Notes under the pieces: generated by a model
The model's database searches: none
What the model was told of the DNA's origin: nothing
The model's input: only the letters and a program-made list of their open reading frames with translations
Shown here: positions 49,955-61,015 of the stretch, piece by piece
How the letters are laid out: the number at the start of each line of letters is the position of its first letter
Position numbering within the stretch: position 1 is the stretch's first letter
Source of the DNA: Candidatus Hodarchaeum mangrovi
Lineage (GTDB): Archaea > Asgardarchaeota > Heimdallarchaeia > Hodarchaeales > Hodarchaeaceae
Length of the DNA: 64,000 nucleotides
Direction: 5' to 3'
NCBI GenBank assembly: GCA_016839515.1
Contig: JAEOUE010000197.1
Coordinates: forward strand, 1 to 64,000
Made by a program: the position numbers and the translations under genes

Positions 49955-50551
49955 TTATTCTATAACCAGTTCTCCACATTTAGGACAAGAGAAAGCTCCA
50001 GGAGGTATTTTTTCACCACATTTATTACAAATCCATATCTTCTTTGTACTATCCGTTGACCAAATTTTCCGTGTTGGGACTGATTTTGGTACTGGCTTTT
50101 TAACTTTTGTTGCAGAACCTGTTGCATAAGCTGTTATTGTTGCAACAATAGCACATGAAATTGTTCCAAATATAAACTCTGATATTGCACCTAATTCAAT
50201 TGTTGGAACATTTACAATTAAAAGAAATGCTGCTCCTAGTATAGTACCAAAGAATCCAGCGAATCCTCCCCAAAACCCTGATTTAGCCCTTATACCAGCA
50301 ATCAAGCCTGAAATGGCCCAAGCAACGAGAACAGCCCAAAATGAATATAATGTAGTAGCATTTAAGTTCATGCCATAAAACATTTGTTGAATTACGGCAT
50401 TAAAGTCTAAGGCTGTAAGGGAAGCGGCATGACTTGGATCAAATATTAACTGAGTAAGTTCTAATGCTGATAATCCTATGCTCAACACCAATATTGTGTT
50501 TATTATTGGATTTGTAGTTTTATTTGACGAATTTTGTGACATTAATGACAT
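49955..50551 (-). CDS. Membrane protein (about 4 TM) with C-terminal Zn ribbon
   Basis: Gly-rich TM helices; WICNKCG...CPKCG. Confidence 0.75.
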   Translation of the reverse strand: MSLMSQNSSNKTTNPIINTILVLSIGLSALELTQLIFDPSHAASLTALDFNAVIQQMFYGMNLNATTLYSFWAVLVAWAISGLIAGIRAKSGFWGGFAGFFGTILGAAFLLIVNVPTIELGAISEFIFGTISCAIVATITAYATGSATKVKKPVPKSVPTRKIWSTDSTKKIWICNKCGEKIPPGAFSCPKCGELVIE

Positions 50552-50780
50552 CCTTCTATTAAATTAATGAATTTAGAGGGGAAATTAAAAAGCAAGTTTA
50601 CAGATTAAAGCTTTCTATGACAATTATTAAATTATATTGAATTAAGGTTAATATTTAGATAGAAGTAAATTTACTGTGATTAGACTAGAATAGTCCAAAA
50701 TTAGAGTTTAAAACCCAATGTCTACAAATAAAACAGTTAAGATCTTTTGATTTGATTTATCAAAGAGTTGTCATACAAAA

Positions 50781-52805
50781 ATGAATAAAATGTCAAATTT
50801 AGATGTATATGCGATTTCAAAGGAACTCCAAGCTCTTGTTGGATATAGAGTAGATAATATTTATCGTGATTCATCGGATAGTTTTTATTTGTTTAAATTT
50901 AAAGGAACTGGGAGTTTTAAAAATCCAATATTATTGATAGAACCAGGAGTCCGTTTTCATTTAACAGAATACAAACATGAAGTACCTCAGCGTCCAACGG
51001 AGAAGATTATGGCAGTAAGAAAACATTTAAAGGGTTCAGAATTAGTTAAAATTTGTCAAGTTGAATTTGATAGAATTATAGAGATGACATTGGTAGGAAA
51101 GCAGAAGTATCGAGTTTATGTTGAGCTTTTTGGGACAAAACCAAATTTTGTTATTGTGGGAGAGGAGAATAAGGTAATTTCAGCTTTGTGGTATAGAAAA
51201 ATGCGTCATCGCGATCTTTTACCAGGTAAGGAGTTTGAATTACCTCCAAGTAGTGGAAAGTCAATATTTCAACTTAGTCTTGAGGAATTAAAATCAAACC
51301 TAGCTTCCAGTGAATATCAAAACGAGGAAATTGTTAGAGTATTAGTACGTAAATTTGGGGGAGGAGGGGGCCTTATGGAAGAAATTTTATACAGAGCTGG
51401 GATTTTAAAATCAATTCACTGCTCTGAAATAACAGAAAAAGAAATTATGACTTTTTTATCTATTTTCAAAGAAATAGAAATAGAATTAATCAACTTAAAT
51501 CCTTCTGTAATTCTTGATAAAGACAATAAACCAGTTTTATATCAACCAATAACTCTAAGATCAATAGATGGTTTTTTAAGAAAGTTTGATACTTTTTCTG
51601 CTGCTATGGACTATTATTACTCTTCTACTCTTCCTCAGATTTCCACAAGTATAATATCAATTGATCGAAAGCGGAAAAAGATACTAGCAATAAAGGAGAA
51701 ACAGGAAAAAGCAATTAAAGAGTTTACAGCGAAGGAAATGAGATACAAATTGCTTGGAGACCGAATTTACGAGAATTTTCATTTAATTGATGATTTATTA
51801 AGTACAATAATGCAGGCACGTAAAAAGAATATATCCTGGGAGGAGATTATGAAAAAATTTGAAAGTGCAGGAACTCACAGCTTTCCTTCTTTGAAAATTC
51901 TCAAAGAAATAGTTCCCGAAAAAGGAAAAATTATTCTAATATTGGATTCAGAAGAAGTTGAAATCGATTTTCGAAAATCTGCTTCAAATATAGCTAATGA
52001 TTTCTATGAAAATGCCAAAAAAGTATCAAGGAAAATTGTACCAGCCCAAGAAGCTCTTGAAAAAACAATTGAGAGACTAAATAACCTATCAGAGGAACTT
52101 ACTATTCAAAAAGAAGCTGCATCGTTGAATTTAAAGAGACGAAAAAGAAAATGGTATGAAAAATTTCATTGGACTTATTCAAAAAATAATTTTCTAATTA
52201 TTGGAGGAAAAGATATTTCAGGAAATGAAGAGTTAGCTAAACGGCGATTAAATGAGACTGACCTATTTTTTCATGCTGAGCTTCAAGGTGCTCCTTATAC
52301 TATATTGAAACGAGAATCCAATGATTTGGATCCTTCAGAAGAAGACATTAAAACTGCTGCTCAATTAGCTGCTTGTTTTTCAAGTGGTTGGAAAGTTGGA
52401 TATGGTGCAGTAGATGTCTATTATGTAACTGGTTCAAATGTGAGTTTTTCAGCACCAAGTGGTGAATATATACCAAAGGGGGGAATAATGATTAAAGGAA
52501 CTAGGAATTATATCAGGGGAGTTGAATTAATTCTAGCAATCGGTATAGAATTTGATGAATATTCCGCTAGAATAATTTATGGAAATGAAGAAAAAATAAA
52601 ACTAGTAAGCCAAAATTACATTTTGATCAAACCTGGTTCCGAACCAAAAGGAAAATTAGCAAAAAAAATCCAAAAAGTCTTTATTGAGAATGCTAACTCA
52701 TCTGAAGAGCAAGCAAAAATACGTGCGATAGATTTGAACGAATTTGTTCACGCCATACCACATAATTCAGTGATCTATAATGTTTTCTTTTCTAAATCAG
52801 TCTAA
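50781..52805 (+). CDS. rqcH: Ribosome quality-control factor Rqc2/NEMF (NFACT, RqcH) homolog
   Basis: MSNLDV, RKHL, FDRI, KWYEKFHW, IGGKD, HAELQGAP and APSGEYIPKG motifs. Confidence 0.92.
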   Translation: MNKMSNLDVYAISKELQALVGYRVDNIYRDSSDSFYLFKFKGTGSFKNPILLIEPGVRFHLTEYKHEVPQRPTEKIMAVRKHLKGSELVKICQVEFDRIIEMTLVGKQKYRVYVELFGTKPNFVIVGEENKVISALWYRKMRHRDLLPGKEFELPPSSGKSIFQLSLEELKSNLASSEYQNEEIVRVLVRKFGGGGGLMEEILYRAGILKSIHCSEITEKEIMTFLSIFKEIEIELINLNPSVILDKDNKPVLYQPITLRSIDGFLRKFDTFSAAMDYYYSSTLPQISTSIISIDRKRKKILAIKEKQEKAIKEFTAKEMRYKLLGDRIYENFHLIDDLLSTIMQARKKNISWEEIMKKFESAGTHSFPSLKILKEIVPEKGKIILILDSEEVEIDFRKSASNIANDFYENAKKVSRKIVPAQEALEKTIERLNNLSEELTIQKEAASLNLKRRKRKWYEKFHWTYSKNNFLIIGGKDISGNEELAKRRLNETDLFFHAELQGAPYTILKRESNDLDPSEEDIKTAAQLAACFSSGWKVGYGAVDVYYVTGSNVSFSAPSGEYIPKGGIMIKGTRNYIRGVELILAIGIEFDEYSARIIYGNEEKIKLVSQNYILIKPGSEPKGKLAKKIQKVFIENANSSEEQAKIRAIDLNEFVHAIPHNSVIYNVFFSKSV

Positions 52806-53429
52806 ATCTTCATTAGAGGTGTCATCCTCAAGATTTGCTTTTATACAATCCGAACATAATGTATAACCATTAGTTACATTTAGAAATTCGGAATAATTAC
52901 CACAATCATCACAAAAGCCTTTAAGTTTTGGGTATTCTAATTCATTTGTTGTATTTTCTATTAAAAGTTGTTCTAGTCTAATTCTCATAAGACCAGGTGC
53001 AAATTTTAAAATATCATTAGTTGACACTATTCCAAGTGGTTTGGATAAATCATTGTTTTCAACAACAAGAATTCGTTCAATATTTCGTTTAGCCATATAT
53101 AACATACAATTCTCCAATGTTTCATCAGATGAAACATAAGCAATTGGATGGGTCATCACATCTTCAACTAAAATTATGCCAGGATCAAGAGCACAGCCAA
53201 CAACTCGATTTATAATATCACCTTTGGTAATAATTCCTAGGATCTGTTCATTTTTTATGACTACTGATCCTACATTATGTTCTTTCATTAGTTTAGCAGC
53301 TTCTGCAACGGGTTGATTTCTTGGCATTGAAATAATCCTAGATTCTTTTTTTAGTAAATGCTTAATTATTACCTCATTTTCTCTTTGAATCACAGTATAA
53401 AGACACTCCTTGATTTCATGATAACTCAT
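52797..53429 (-). CDS. CBS-pair protein with C-terminal Zn-binding motif
   Basis: AAKLMKEHNVGSVV, GIITKGDI and VEDVMT; GFCDDCG...LCSDC. Confidence 0.88.
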   Translation of the reverse strand: MSYHEIKECLYTVIQRENEVIIKHLLKKESRIISMPRNQPVAEAAKLMKEHNVGSVVIKNEQILGIITKGDIINRVVGCALDPGIILVEDVMTHPIAYVSSDETLENCMLYMAKRNIERILVVENNDLSKPLGIVSTNDILKFAPGLMRIRLEQLLIENTTNELEYPKLKGFCDDCGNYSEFLNVTNGYTLCSDCIKANLEDDTSNEDLD

Positions 53430-53825
53430 CGTAAAAATATAATAGTTTTAATCCCAAAAAAAGGTTTGCATCTATTGTCAACATCTGGACTAATTTTGGT
53501 TATTTGATATAATACTATTGTAATACTTAAAATATTTGAATTATTAATGTTCACAATATAAAGAAAGACATAAAGAAGGTAAAAAGTTGAAAATTTAATC
53601 AAAGAAGGGTCAAAACTATGTGAAGTACCATTTAAATACTGTATTTTAAAATAAGATATTATTTTTATTCAAAAAATAAACGAAAATGTATTAAATTTAT
53701 CATTTTTAATAATATGGTAAAAAAAATATCTTCATGAATGAAATGACCCATTAGATTATTAAAAACTATTCTCATTTGCTATTATAACTTGATTGATATG
53801 ATATTTAATTTTAAGATTTCATCAG

Positions 53826-56800
53826 TTAGAAAAGAGTTGTAGGACGTAATCCAATCTCAAATACCTGACGCTTATTTATTTCTAGTAATTTTATCCAAGA
53901 GTCTAAATATTGCGAAATACTTGAAGCATAATTTTCTTCTAGTTGCGTTATAATTTGTGTGTATCGCAATACCCAGCCTTCAGAAAGAGTTAACCCGATC
54001 TTTTCTTGTCCACAGGATGAACATTTACCTGATAGAGGGATACGTCGGAAGTTTCGGTTACATCTTAGACATCTAAAAGGTTGAGAGAAGAATTTTTCTA
54101 AAGAAGAGTTATATTTTTCTAAAAAATCGTTTTCTAATATTTTTTCAACAAACTCACTCTCTTGAGTACCCTGAATTTTTTTAAGGATTGAAAGACTTGA
54201 TTGAATCTTTGAAATAAGTTTACTCTGTTTAAGCGGATTACTAATATTAAATCCTGAGATGTTGTCAATCTTATGAATTTTTGGATAAGAGTAATTTAAA
54301 TTAGAAATTTTGTAGACCAGAAGATCTTTTTTGGTAGGATTACTTTTTAATTCTCTGAAAAATAGTAGATTCATAGGAATGGATTCACTCATTGCATAGA
54401 ATGACAAATCTTCCCAAGAATCTGGCATATTCAAAACCATAGGGACATCCATTGTTCCCCCTCTAGTAGTGGGAATAAATTCTTCAGAAAAATTAATTAA
54501 AACATCAAGTAGAAGAGTAAACGAGTCTATGTCTCCATTACAGTTACGTCCCTTTAATTTATGCCAAACTGGATGTGCATAAAGAACATCAGTTGTGGTA
54601 GAACCAATAATTCGTCCGATCACTCCAACCTTAGAAAAAGGGGAAATTCCGACAATCAAAGAACCCATTAGATCTTGGAAGGATTTTAATCTGAAATAGG
54701 CTGGCAAATCGTAAAATTCAGTTAATTCATCATCAATAAATTTAGTTAGTTTTAAAAGAAATTTTTCAGATGACTTACTAATAATAACATCATATGGAAA
54801 GAGTTCTATTAATTGATTTTCATTTTCTAGCTGCTTTCCTTCAATATCATGGTCATAACCAAGACGGATAAGATCTTCAATCGATGTTCCTACTTCCAGA
54901 GGTTTGAAACATAATAAGGGGGCATTTGTAGTATCAAACCGACTAGTTCCATCTTTATAGACATATATATCATGTCTTGCTCTCAAAACACCTTTGTTGA
55001 GATTCTCTGGAATTTTATTTTTAGTATTAAGATAAGAAACCGCTTTAAATTTTTCTAAATTTGAAATATCACTTTTATTTACCTTTAGCAGTTCCTCAAA
55101 GGCTACAGAATGTGGTTTAGAAGGAACACCATAATTTCCACATACAGGACAATTTTTTGTTTCAAAAGTATGGTTATTTCTGCACAAAAGTTTTTGAGTT
55201 GTTTCTTGATTACAGTCTGGGCAGTAAACATAATAAACTGTTTTTTGACAGGACGAACAGTATCGGTTCGAAAGGTTAAGAATTACTGCCTTTTCTTTTA
55301 TTACTTTTAATAAATTTCTTTGAGACCCTCCTAAGGATCCGATGGGAAAAAGAACGTGAGATGGAGGATTTATATGACGAGGTTCAGCTTTTTCTACTCG
55401 AACTATCTGAGTACCAAGTCTACGTTTTGATTTTGATCTTATTGGTACTCCGATTAATTTAGATACAATTTCCTCAGTCTCATCCTCAATGGAGAGATTA
55501 TTTATTATTTGATCTAAATCAAGATTTTCATCTTTTAAACGAGTTAAAATGTGCTGAAAATTATCAAATTCAATCCTTTCATTACTAACAGAAAAAGGAA
55601 CACCTAAAAAACTTAGAATCCTTTTCATTTCATCATTATTGGGAATTTTTGGTTCTTCATTCTTAATAATATGGTCTAATAAAAGAATTAAATCACTAAT
55701 AGCTATATTATTCCAATTAAAAGAAAATTTAGGGTGCAAAGGCACTTTTGTTAATTTAGATATCAAATAAACTTTTTCAGGATTCAATTTAAAGACTGAT
55801 GGATTATCAAGACAACTTTTTAAAATATTGAAGTCAACAGATAAAGCTCGTGCTAAATTTTGAATCGAACCAAATTTCCTTATTGAGGCATTAATCACCT
55901 CCATTGCCCACCATTCCTCGGTCCAGGAAGATATATCAAAAGCTTCCTGATCAGGAATATCATCAGGACAAAGTAATAATTCTCCTAATTCCCAGATTTG
56001 TATGATTCTATTTTCATATTCTTTAAATGTTTCAATATTGTCAATCCGTACTAAAGAGCCATCTTCAATTGTTACTAAAGGACCTGTTAAACTAGAAACA
56101 GGAAGTGTTATTAAATTTCGTTCTATTAAGTCAATTTTTATTGACGTTCCTGGCGAAATGATTTTTAAAAGCATCATTGTCGCTGGATTTACACCAACTG
56201 AACCAAATCCAGTATTACGTGTGCGTCCATACCTTAATTGAAACCCCCCTGGACCAGATGATTTTGATAACAATGGTTGAGTACCTCGAATTTCTCGATC
56301 ACCAAAAACTAGTTTATTCTTTTTTACAAAATGAAAACTTCTATCTAACCAGTTCCATTCTGGAATTTCAGCTAAAATTTTATATCGAGTAATCAGGTTT
56401 ATATTATCCATAAAACGTTCTAATGCTACACACATTCCCATTCTTAATTGGTTTGATAGAGGTGGAAGATTTCTATATTTAACAACCTCAATTCTTTCAT
56501 AGGATTCACCTGAGATTTCAATACCAATATTTTGGAGTATTAATTTCGCTAAATCCTTTTTCAAATCAGGAATTCGATCACTTAGCTCATAATAAAGCTC
56601 TAATTCCTCAATATATCTTCCTATCATTTCAGGTGTAGCGTTAAATCGATTTAGATGCAAGATTCTGCGTAGGTAATCCGCAATTAGAACAACTAATCCT
56701 ATTACTTCCCCAGGGACATAACGAATAGTATTGGAAAAAAAAATTGTCAAATGTGAAGTCTTTTCTGAAATAGCTATTTTTGGAATAGCCTCTTCGGGAA

Positions 56801-57146
56801 CAGAAATCAATCCTTGACTTAAGATAACACATGCGCTTTGGAGTGCAATTAGAATTAGCTCCTCTCGAGGCAATTTTAAATAATAACCGTTTACTATCTG
56901 TTTGGCTATTTCTGCTGCAAGTAAAAGTGAGTTCTCATGGAAAACGATGTTTGATGGCAAATTTTCTTCTAAACCAGCAATATTTATGATTGAGGAAATT
57001 CTTAACTTTACAGAATATGTTATTATCGATTCTACGTTACATCTTGGGTCATATTTCCGATTTCGTGCTTGTTGTGCTAAAGAAAATTGATTGTTCAATG
57101 ATTTTTTTATCTGTGTAACATAATTGGTGAATTCTGGAAAAATCAT
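53826..57146 (-). CDS. polC: DNA polymerase D large subunit DP2 homolog, probably catalytically inactive
   Basis: GGFQLRYGRTRNTG, YKDGTSRFD, RGGTMDVP and FRCLRCNRNFRRIPLSGKC are present, but the catalytic motif reads RNCNGDID. Confidence 0.9.
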   Translation of the reverse strand: MIFPEFTNYVTQIKKSLNNQFSLAQQARNRKYDPRCNVESIITYSVKLRISSIINIAGLEENLPSNIVFHENSLLLAAEIAKQIVNGYYLKLPREELILIALQSACVILSQGLISVPEEAIPKIAISEKTSHLTIFFSNTIRYVPGEVIGLVVLIADYLRRILHLNRFNATPEMIGRYIEELELYYELSDRIPDLKKDLAKLILQNIGIEISGESYERIEVVKYRNLPPLSNQLRMGMCVALERFMDNINLITRYKILAEIPEWNWLDRSFHFVKKNKLVFGDREIRGTQPLLSKSSGPGGFQLRYGRTRNTGFGSVGVNPATMMLLKIISPGTSIKIDLIERNLITLPVSSLTGPLVTIEDGSLVRIDNIETFKEYENRIIQIWELGELLLCPDDIPDQEAFDISSWTEEWWAMEVINASIRKFGSIQNLARALSVDFNILKSCLDNPSVFKLNPEKVYLISKLTKVPLHPKFSFNWNNIAISDLILLLDHIIKNEEPKIPNNDEMKRILSFLGVPFSVSNERIEFDNFQHILTRLKDENLDLDQIINNLSIEDETEEIVSKLIGVPIRSKSKRRLGTQIVRVEKAEPRHINPPSHVLFPIGSLGGSQRNLLKVIKEKAVILNLSNRYCSSCQKTVYYVYCPDCNQETTQKLLCRNNHTFETKNCPVCGNYGVPSKPHSVAFEELLKVNKSDISNLEKFKAVSYLNTKNKIPENLNKGVLRARHDIYVYKDGTSRFDTTNAPLLCFKPLEVGTSIEDLIRLGYDHDIEGKQLENENQLIELFPYDVIISKSSEKFLLKLTKFIDDELTEFYDLPAYFRLKSFQDLMGSLIVGISPFSKVGVIGRIIGSTTTDVLYAHPVWHKLKGRNCNGDIDSFTLLLDVLINFSEEFIPTTRGGTMDVPMVLNMPDSWEDLSFYAMSESIPMNLLFFRELKSNPTKKDLLVYKISNLNYSYPKIHKIDNISGFNISNPLKQSKLISKIQSSLSILKKIQGTQESEFVEKILENDFLEKYNSSLEKFFSQPFRCLRCNRNFRRIPLSGKCSSCGQEKIGLTLSEGWVLRYTQIITQLEENYASSISQYLDSWIKLLEINKRQVFEIGLRPTTLF

Positions 57147-57850
57147 GAAAGAATCCTAATCCCATTAGGTAAAGTTACGTTAAGTATACCAATATTATTT
57201 ATTGAAGTAAGTTTATCGAAATAGAACACTCCAGTTTGGTTTAAATATGGATTGGGTATCAATGGTATAGTTCCATTTAAAATAAAGATACTATAGGGAT
57301 TTGTTGGCTGAAAAGATTCTCTTCGTTTACTAAAAATAAAGATCTGATTATCAAATACTTCAACACGAGCATGGAATACTAAATTAAATATCTCTTCTAT
57401 AGTTAGGGAAGTCGTCAAGCTTGTTAATTTTAATTTAAAGTTTGCTGAAACTTCACTAGAATAAATATTTCCATTGGTCACATTTGTATATGGTGGTTGT
57501 TTTGCATTCATTTGAAAAGTTTCTTCAATAAATGAGAATTCCGCTAGTATACCTCTGGTTATTGCCAAATATTCTAAATTTTTCAAAAAATCTTTAATAG
57601 ACAGTTTAGCATTTTCTTGAGACATTCCTGAGTTATTTTGCGTGTATTTGGATAAAATATATTCTAAAAAGTTTTGAATTTCCCTTTTAGAGTCGAAATA
57701 TGGTTCTGAGAGAGATTCTCTATTAAATTCAAGTTGATTTACTTGTATGTTCATTAAAGCTGCAGCCATTGAAACAATATAAATCGCTATAAGCATTGTT
57801 GCTAAAATAAACATTTGCCCCTGTCTTGATTTATTAAATAACTTCTGCAT
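57143..57850 (-). CDS. Pilin-like protein with class III signal peptide
   Basis: KSRQG|QMFILATMLIAIYIV. Confidence 0.75.
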   Translation of the reverse strand: MQKLFNKSRQGQMFILATMLIAIYIVSMAAALMNIQVNQLEFNRESLSEPYFDSKREIQNFLEYILSKYTQNNSGMSQENAKLSIKDFLKNLEYLAITRGILAEFSFIEETFQMNAKQPPYTNVTNGNIYSSEVSANFKLKLTSLTTSLTIEEIFNLVFHARVEVFDNQIFIFSKRRESFQPTNPYSIFILNGTIPLIPNPYLNQTGVFYFDKLTSINNIGILNVTLPNGIRILS

Positions 57851-58372
57851 CTATATTTTCTCCCATAAATAAAGTTTAACTAAATAGCCATTCTGAAATT
57901 GACCATATTCTGCAGATGTGTATGATCCAAGATGATAATTAATAATTACTCCCTCTCCTCCAGTTTGAAGTGCTGCAATATCTGCAGCTGAGCCTAAAAT
58001 CGTGTTATATGAATCAGAAGGCACTCCATTGACTAAATCATGAGCAATAAGTATAAAACCATAATTATCACTCAAAATAGAAGTAATATAGGCATCTAGA
58101 AGACTAAGAAAATAGGTTGCTTCATCTGAATAAATAGGATTGAATTTAAGATAAATAGAAGGTCTAAGATAGCCTGCTTCGTCAGCTGTGCTTAAAATGT
58201 CATAGCCAGTTCGATCTAGAAATTTATATGATTGAGGAGGATTTAAGCTTTGGTCCGCAGCATTAATAAGCAATAGAGCGAGAACTAACATTAAAGAAAC
58301 AGCTACCAATGTTTCAGCAATTTGTAACTGACCACGCTGTCTCCTTTTTTTTAAATATTTCATTTTACTCAC
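57851..58372 (-). CDS. Pilin-like protein with class III signal peptide
   Basis: KKRRQRG|QLQIAETLVAVSLML. Confidence 0.8.
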   Translation of the reverse strand: MSKMKYLKKRRQRGQLQIAETLVAVSLMLVLALLLINAADQSLNPPQSYKFLDRTGYDILSTADEAGYLRPSIYLKFNPIYSDEATYFLSLLDAYITSILSDNYGFILIAHDLVNGVPSDSYNTILGSAADIAALQTGGEGVIINYHLGSYTSAEYGQFQNGYLVKLYLWEKI

Positions 58373-59537
58373 TCCAAAGAGTTATTTGACATCGCATTAA
58401 TAAACCACGGACAATCACAGGATAAGTTTTACTCAATAAAGCTTTGATTCTAATATTATCACTTATATGACCCAAAGTATTATAATACTGTCCTTGTTCC
58501 TCTGTTTTATCCAAAATAGCTGGATAAGTTCCAATACCAACTCTATAATAATCCGTATATTGTGAAATACTAAGAAGTATGACAAGGCCAGTTTCTGGTA
58601 GTAATATTGTTTCATTTCCATCCCAAGATATAGACCCTAAATCTAGAAAATGTGATGAATATGAATGTAATGTATCTTTGTAGATTATCGAAATGAAATG
58701 ATTAACAGGTGTATCTGTTGTAGGTAAAGTATCGCTTACAAGCAAAGCTGAAGAATTAATGCCACCTCCCCAAATAGTCGTACTTGAAGAAGATCCGATA
58801 AAAGCTTGAGGAAAAACAGAGTCTATGCTTCCCCAATTTACACCCCAAAGAACACCTGTCTCGGCTACTACCAAGATGACATGTTGTCCATCTGGATCAT
58901 TAAAATGCGGAATCTCATACGTATAAGAACTCCCTCCAGTAGAATTCGTGAGTAGATCCTCTCCGTATAGCAATTGTGCATCTTTTAAGTTAACAACTAT
59001 TACTTTAGAATTAGCTTTAGGGATTGGAGTATTGTAAGGATTTGTAACAACAAATTCTACTCTATTATGGGTTTGATTTACACTGATTAGAGTAAGAGAT
59101 ATCTTTAGGCTTTGTTGAAGGGAGATTTGAAATTCTCTCTTTCCAGATAATTTTATAACATCTTTCAAAGTTTCATAATCATAATTATTCATTCCAGAGA
59201 TAGTAGAAATTCCCGTTCCACTAATAAGACGAGCAATTTTGGCAGCATCCAGAGCAAAATATCCATAATAATGACTAGTGGCTAAACCGAAATTATTAGG
59301 TAAATTTTTTAGATATCCCCAATCATCTGTTCCTGATTCCTGTAATATCATACGGCTAAAATTGTCGAGATCATCATATGAGATTGTCCCTACATCAGTA
59401 CGATTAATATTAGATTGAATGTTAATTATAATAAGGAGTAATTGTGAAAGCATTAACAAGAAAAGGAAAAGACTGATGACAAAGTCCACAGCTCTCATTT
59501 GTCCTTTTCGTTTTTTGTTTAAAAGTTGAAATATCAT
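58365..59537 (-). CDS. Large minor pilin-like protein with class III signal peptide
   Basis: KKRKG|QMRAVDFVISLFLFL; later SGTDDWG...FGLA. Confidence 0.8.
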   Translation of the reverse strand: MIFQLLNKKRKGQMRAVDFVISLFLFLLMLSQLLLIIINIQSNINRTDVGTISYDDLDNFSRMILQESGTDDWGYLKNLPNNFGLATSHYYGYFALDAAKIARLISGTGISTISGMNNYDYETLKDVIKLSGKREFQISLQQSLKISLTLISVNQTHNRVEFVVTNPYNTPIPKANSKVIVVNLKDAQLLYGEDLLTNSTGGSSYTYEIPHFNDPDGQHVILVVAETGVLWGVNWGSIDSVFPQAFIGSSSSTTIWGGGINSSALLVSDTLPTTDTPVNHFISIIYKDTLHSYSSHFLDLGSISWDGNETILLPETGLVILLSISQYTDYYRVGIGTYPAILDKTEEQGQYYNTLGHISDNIRIKALLSKTYPVIVRGLLMRCQITLWSE

Positions 59538-59579
59538 TTATGCTTCCCATCATATTGTGATAATTTGTTAATTAACATC

Positions 59580-60026
59580 CTAAGAAATATCATCGGTTGA
59601 TCCAACATTAGAAACTTCTAGCTGAATTACAATTTCCTCCAATTTATCCTTTAATTCAAGTAAGGTGGTTTCTAATTCAGTTAGCTGTAATCCTTTCTCT
59701 AAAAGAGTTGTTGCTTGAGCAATTAACTCATCTGCTTTTTCAGCTTTCTCTGATCTTATATTTGAAGTGATCTCTGATAGTGTATTCACTTTTAAAGTTA
59801 ATTCAGAGATATTTTTTTCCATAATTCCTAATCTTCCTTCAATTGGTGCAAAATCGACTTCTACAGGGCCAACTGCAACATTAGGAGCTGAAGAAGAGAT
59901 TGGTTTTGGTAATGAACCCCCTGAACCCATGCCTTGGACAAGTAGAAATTCCATATTAGTAAGTTTGTCTTCCAAACTAGATATTTTTTCTAATATTTCT
60001 GTTAATACCTTTTCATCTTTACCCAT
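59580..60026 (-). CDS. Cytoplasmic coiled-coil accessory protein of the pilus operon
   Basis: Heptad repeats; embedded in the operon. Confidence 0.65.
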   Translation of the reverse strand: MGKDEKVLTEILEKISSLEDKLTNMEFLLVQGMGSGGSLPKPISSSAPNVAVGPVEVDFAPIEGRLGIMEKNISELTLKVNTLSEITSNIRSEKAEKADELIAQATTLLEKGLQLTELETTLLELKDKLEEIVIQLEVSNVGSTDDIS

Positions 60027-60042
60027 TATATCACCATTTATC

Positions 60043-60999
60043 CTAGAAAAGCAGAACAGTTATTTTAAAGAAAGCATAGGAGATAATCAATAGAATACAT
60101 GAATGTCTCAAGCCTATTTTAGCATCTCCTTCACCCATTTTTCCTGAAATTAATCCAGCAAATATTGCTTCAATAATCATAAGGTGGAAAAAGAGTAATT
60201 GAAGTCCTGCAACATTCGATGGGAGTTTTGCAGTTGCTACTTGTCCAGCTGAAACAGCATCAACTATTTGAACTGCAAGGGTTTGGAAGAAGGAATAAAG
60301 TAAGATAATCATTACAATCGCAAATACAATGAAAGAGGCATATATTATCCAAGTATAAGGTTTCATTGCTGAAAGTCTTTCCCGTTTTAAACCTAAAATC
60401 TCAGAAACATGGTTATGTGCAGATTCAAATACATCTTCAATGGCTCCACCTGATCGTTCAGCCTCTAAAATCAACAGCGAGGTTCGCTTCATTAAAGGAG
60501 TGTCTGCAGTTTCAGTTAAACTTCGAAGAGCTTTGCTAAAAGGTATTCCCCAACTTATTTTAGCGGCCATTTTTTTTAATTCTGGTGTAAGAGCTCCATA
60601 TTGATGCTTTGAGGATTCCATTATTGCTCTAGGTAATGGTAAACCTGTTTTTTGAGCATCAGAAATCTCTCTAAGAAGAGAAGGAATGTGGTCATCAATA
60701 TTATCCCGCCATTTTTGATTCGAATGATAAGCTAGAGCAGGTATTAAAAGGAGAGCTAGAGCTAGTAATACTGTAATATCTAAAACATCAAAAAACTTGA
60801 AGATAGGATCTAAAGAGACCTCACGTATAGTGAATAAGTAAGGATCATTTTCAATAGGAGGATAAACAGGTTCTGTTCTTTCAACAATATGCTGAATAAC
60901 TGGACTATAGAAAAATAATGAAATCACTAATGTAACAAGAAACAAAAATATTGAGAGTATCCAAATCCTTTGTTCACCTTTTGTAGTAAGTTTTCCCAT
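60043..60999 (-). CDS. Type IV pilus/T2SS F-family (TadC/PilC-like) membrane platform protein
   Basis: IPSLLREIS...TGLPL, ERSGG and GLISGKMGEG motifs. Confidence 0.9.
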   Translation of the reverse strand: MGKLTTKGEQRIWILSIFLFLVTLVISLFFYSPVIQHIVERTEPVYPPIENDPYLFTIREVSLDPIFKFFDVLDITVLLALALLLIPALAYHSNQKWRDNIDDHIPSLLREISDAQKTGLPLPRAIMESSKHQYGALTPELKKMAAKISWGIPFSKALRSLTETADTPLMKRTSLLILEAERSGGAIEDVFESAHNHVSEILGLKRERLSAMKPYTWIIYASFIVFAIVMIILLYSFFQTLAVQIVDAVSAGQVATAKLPSNVAGLQLLFFHLMIIEAIFAGLISGKMGEGDAKIGLRHSCILLIISYAFFKITVLLF

Positions 61000-61015
61000 T
61001 CTTTCTTGCCTCCAT

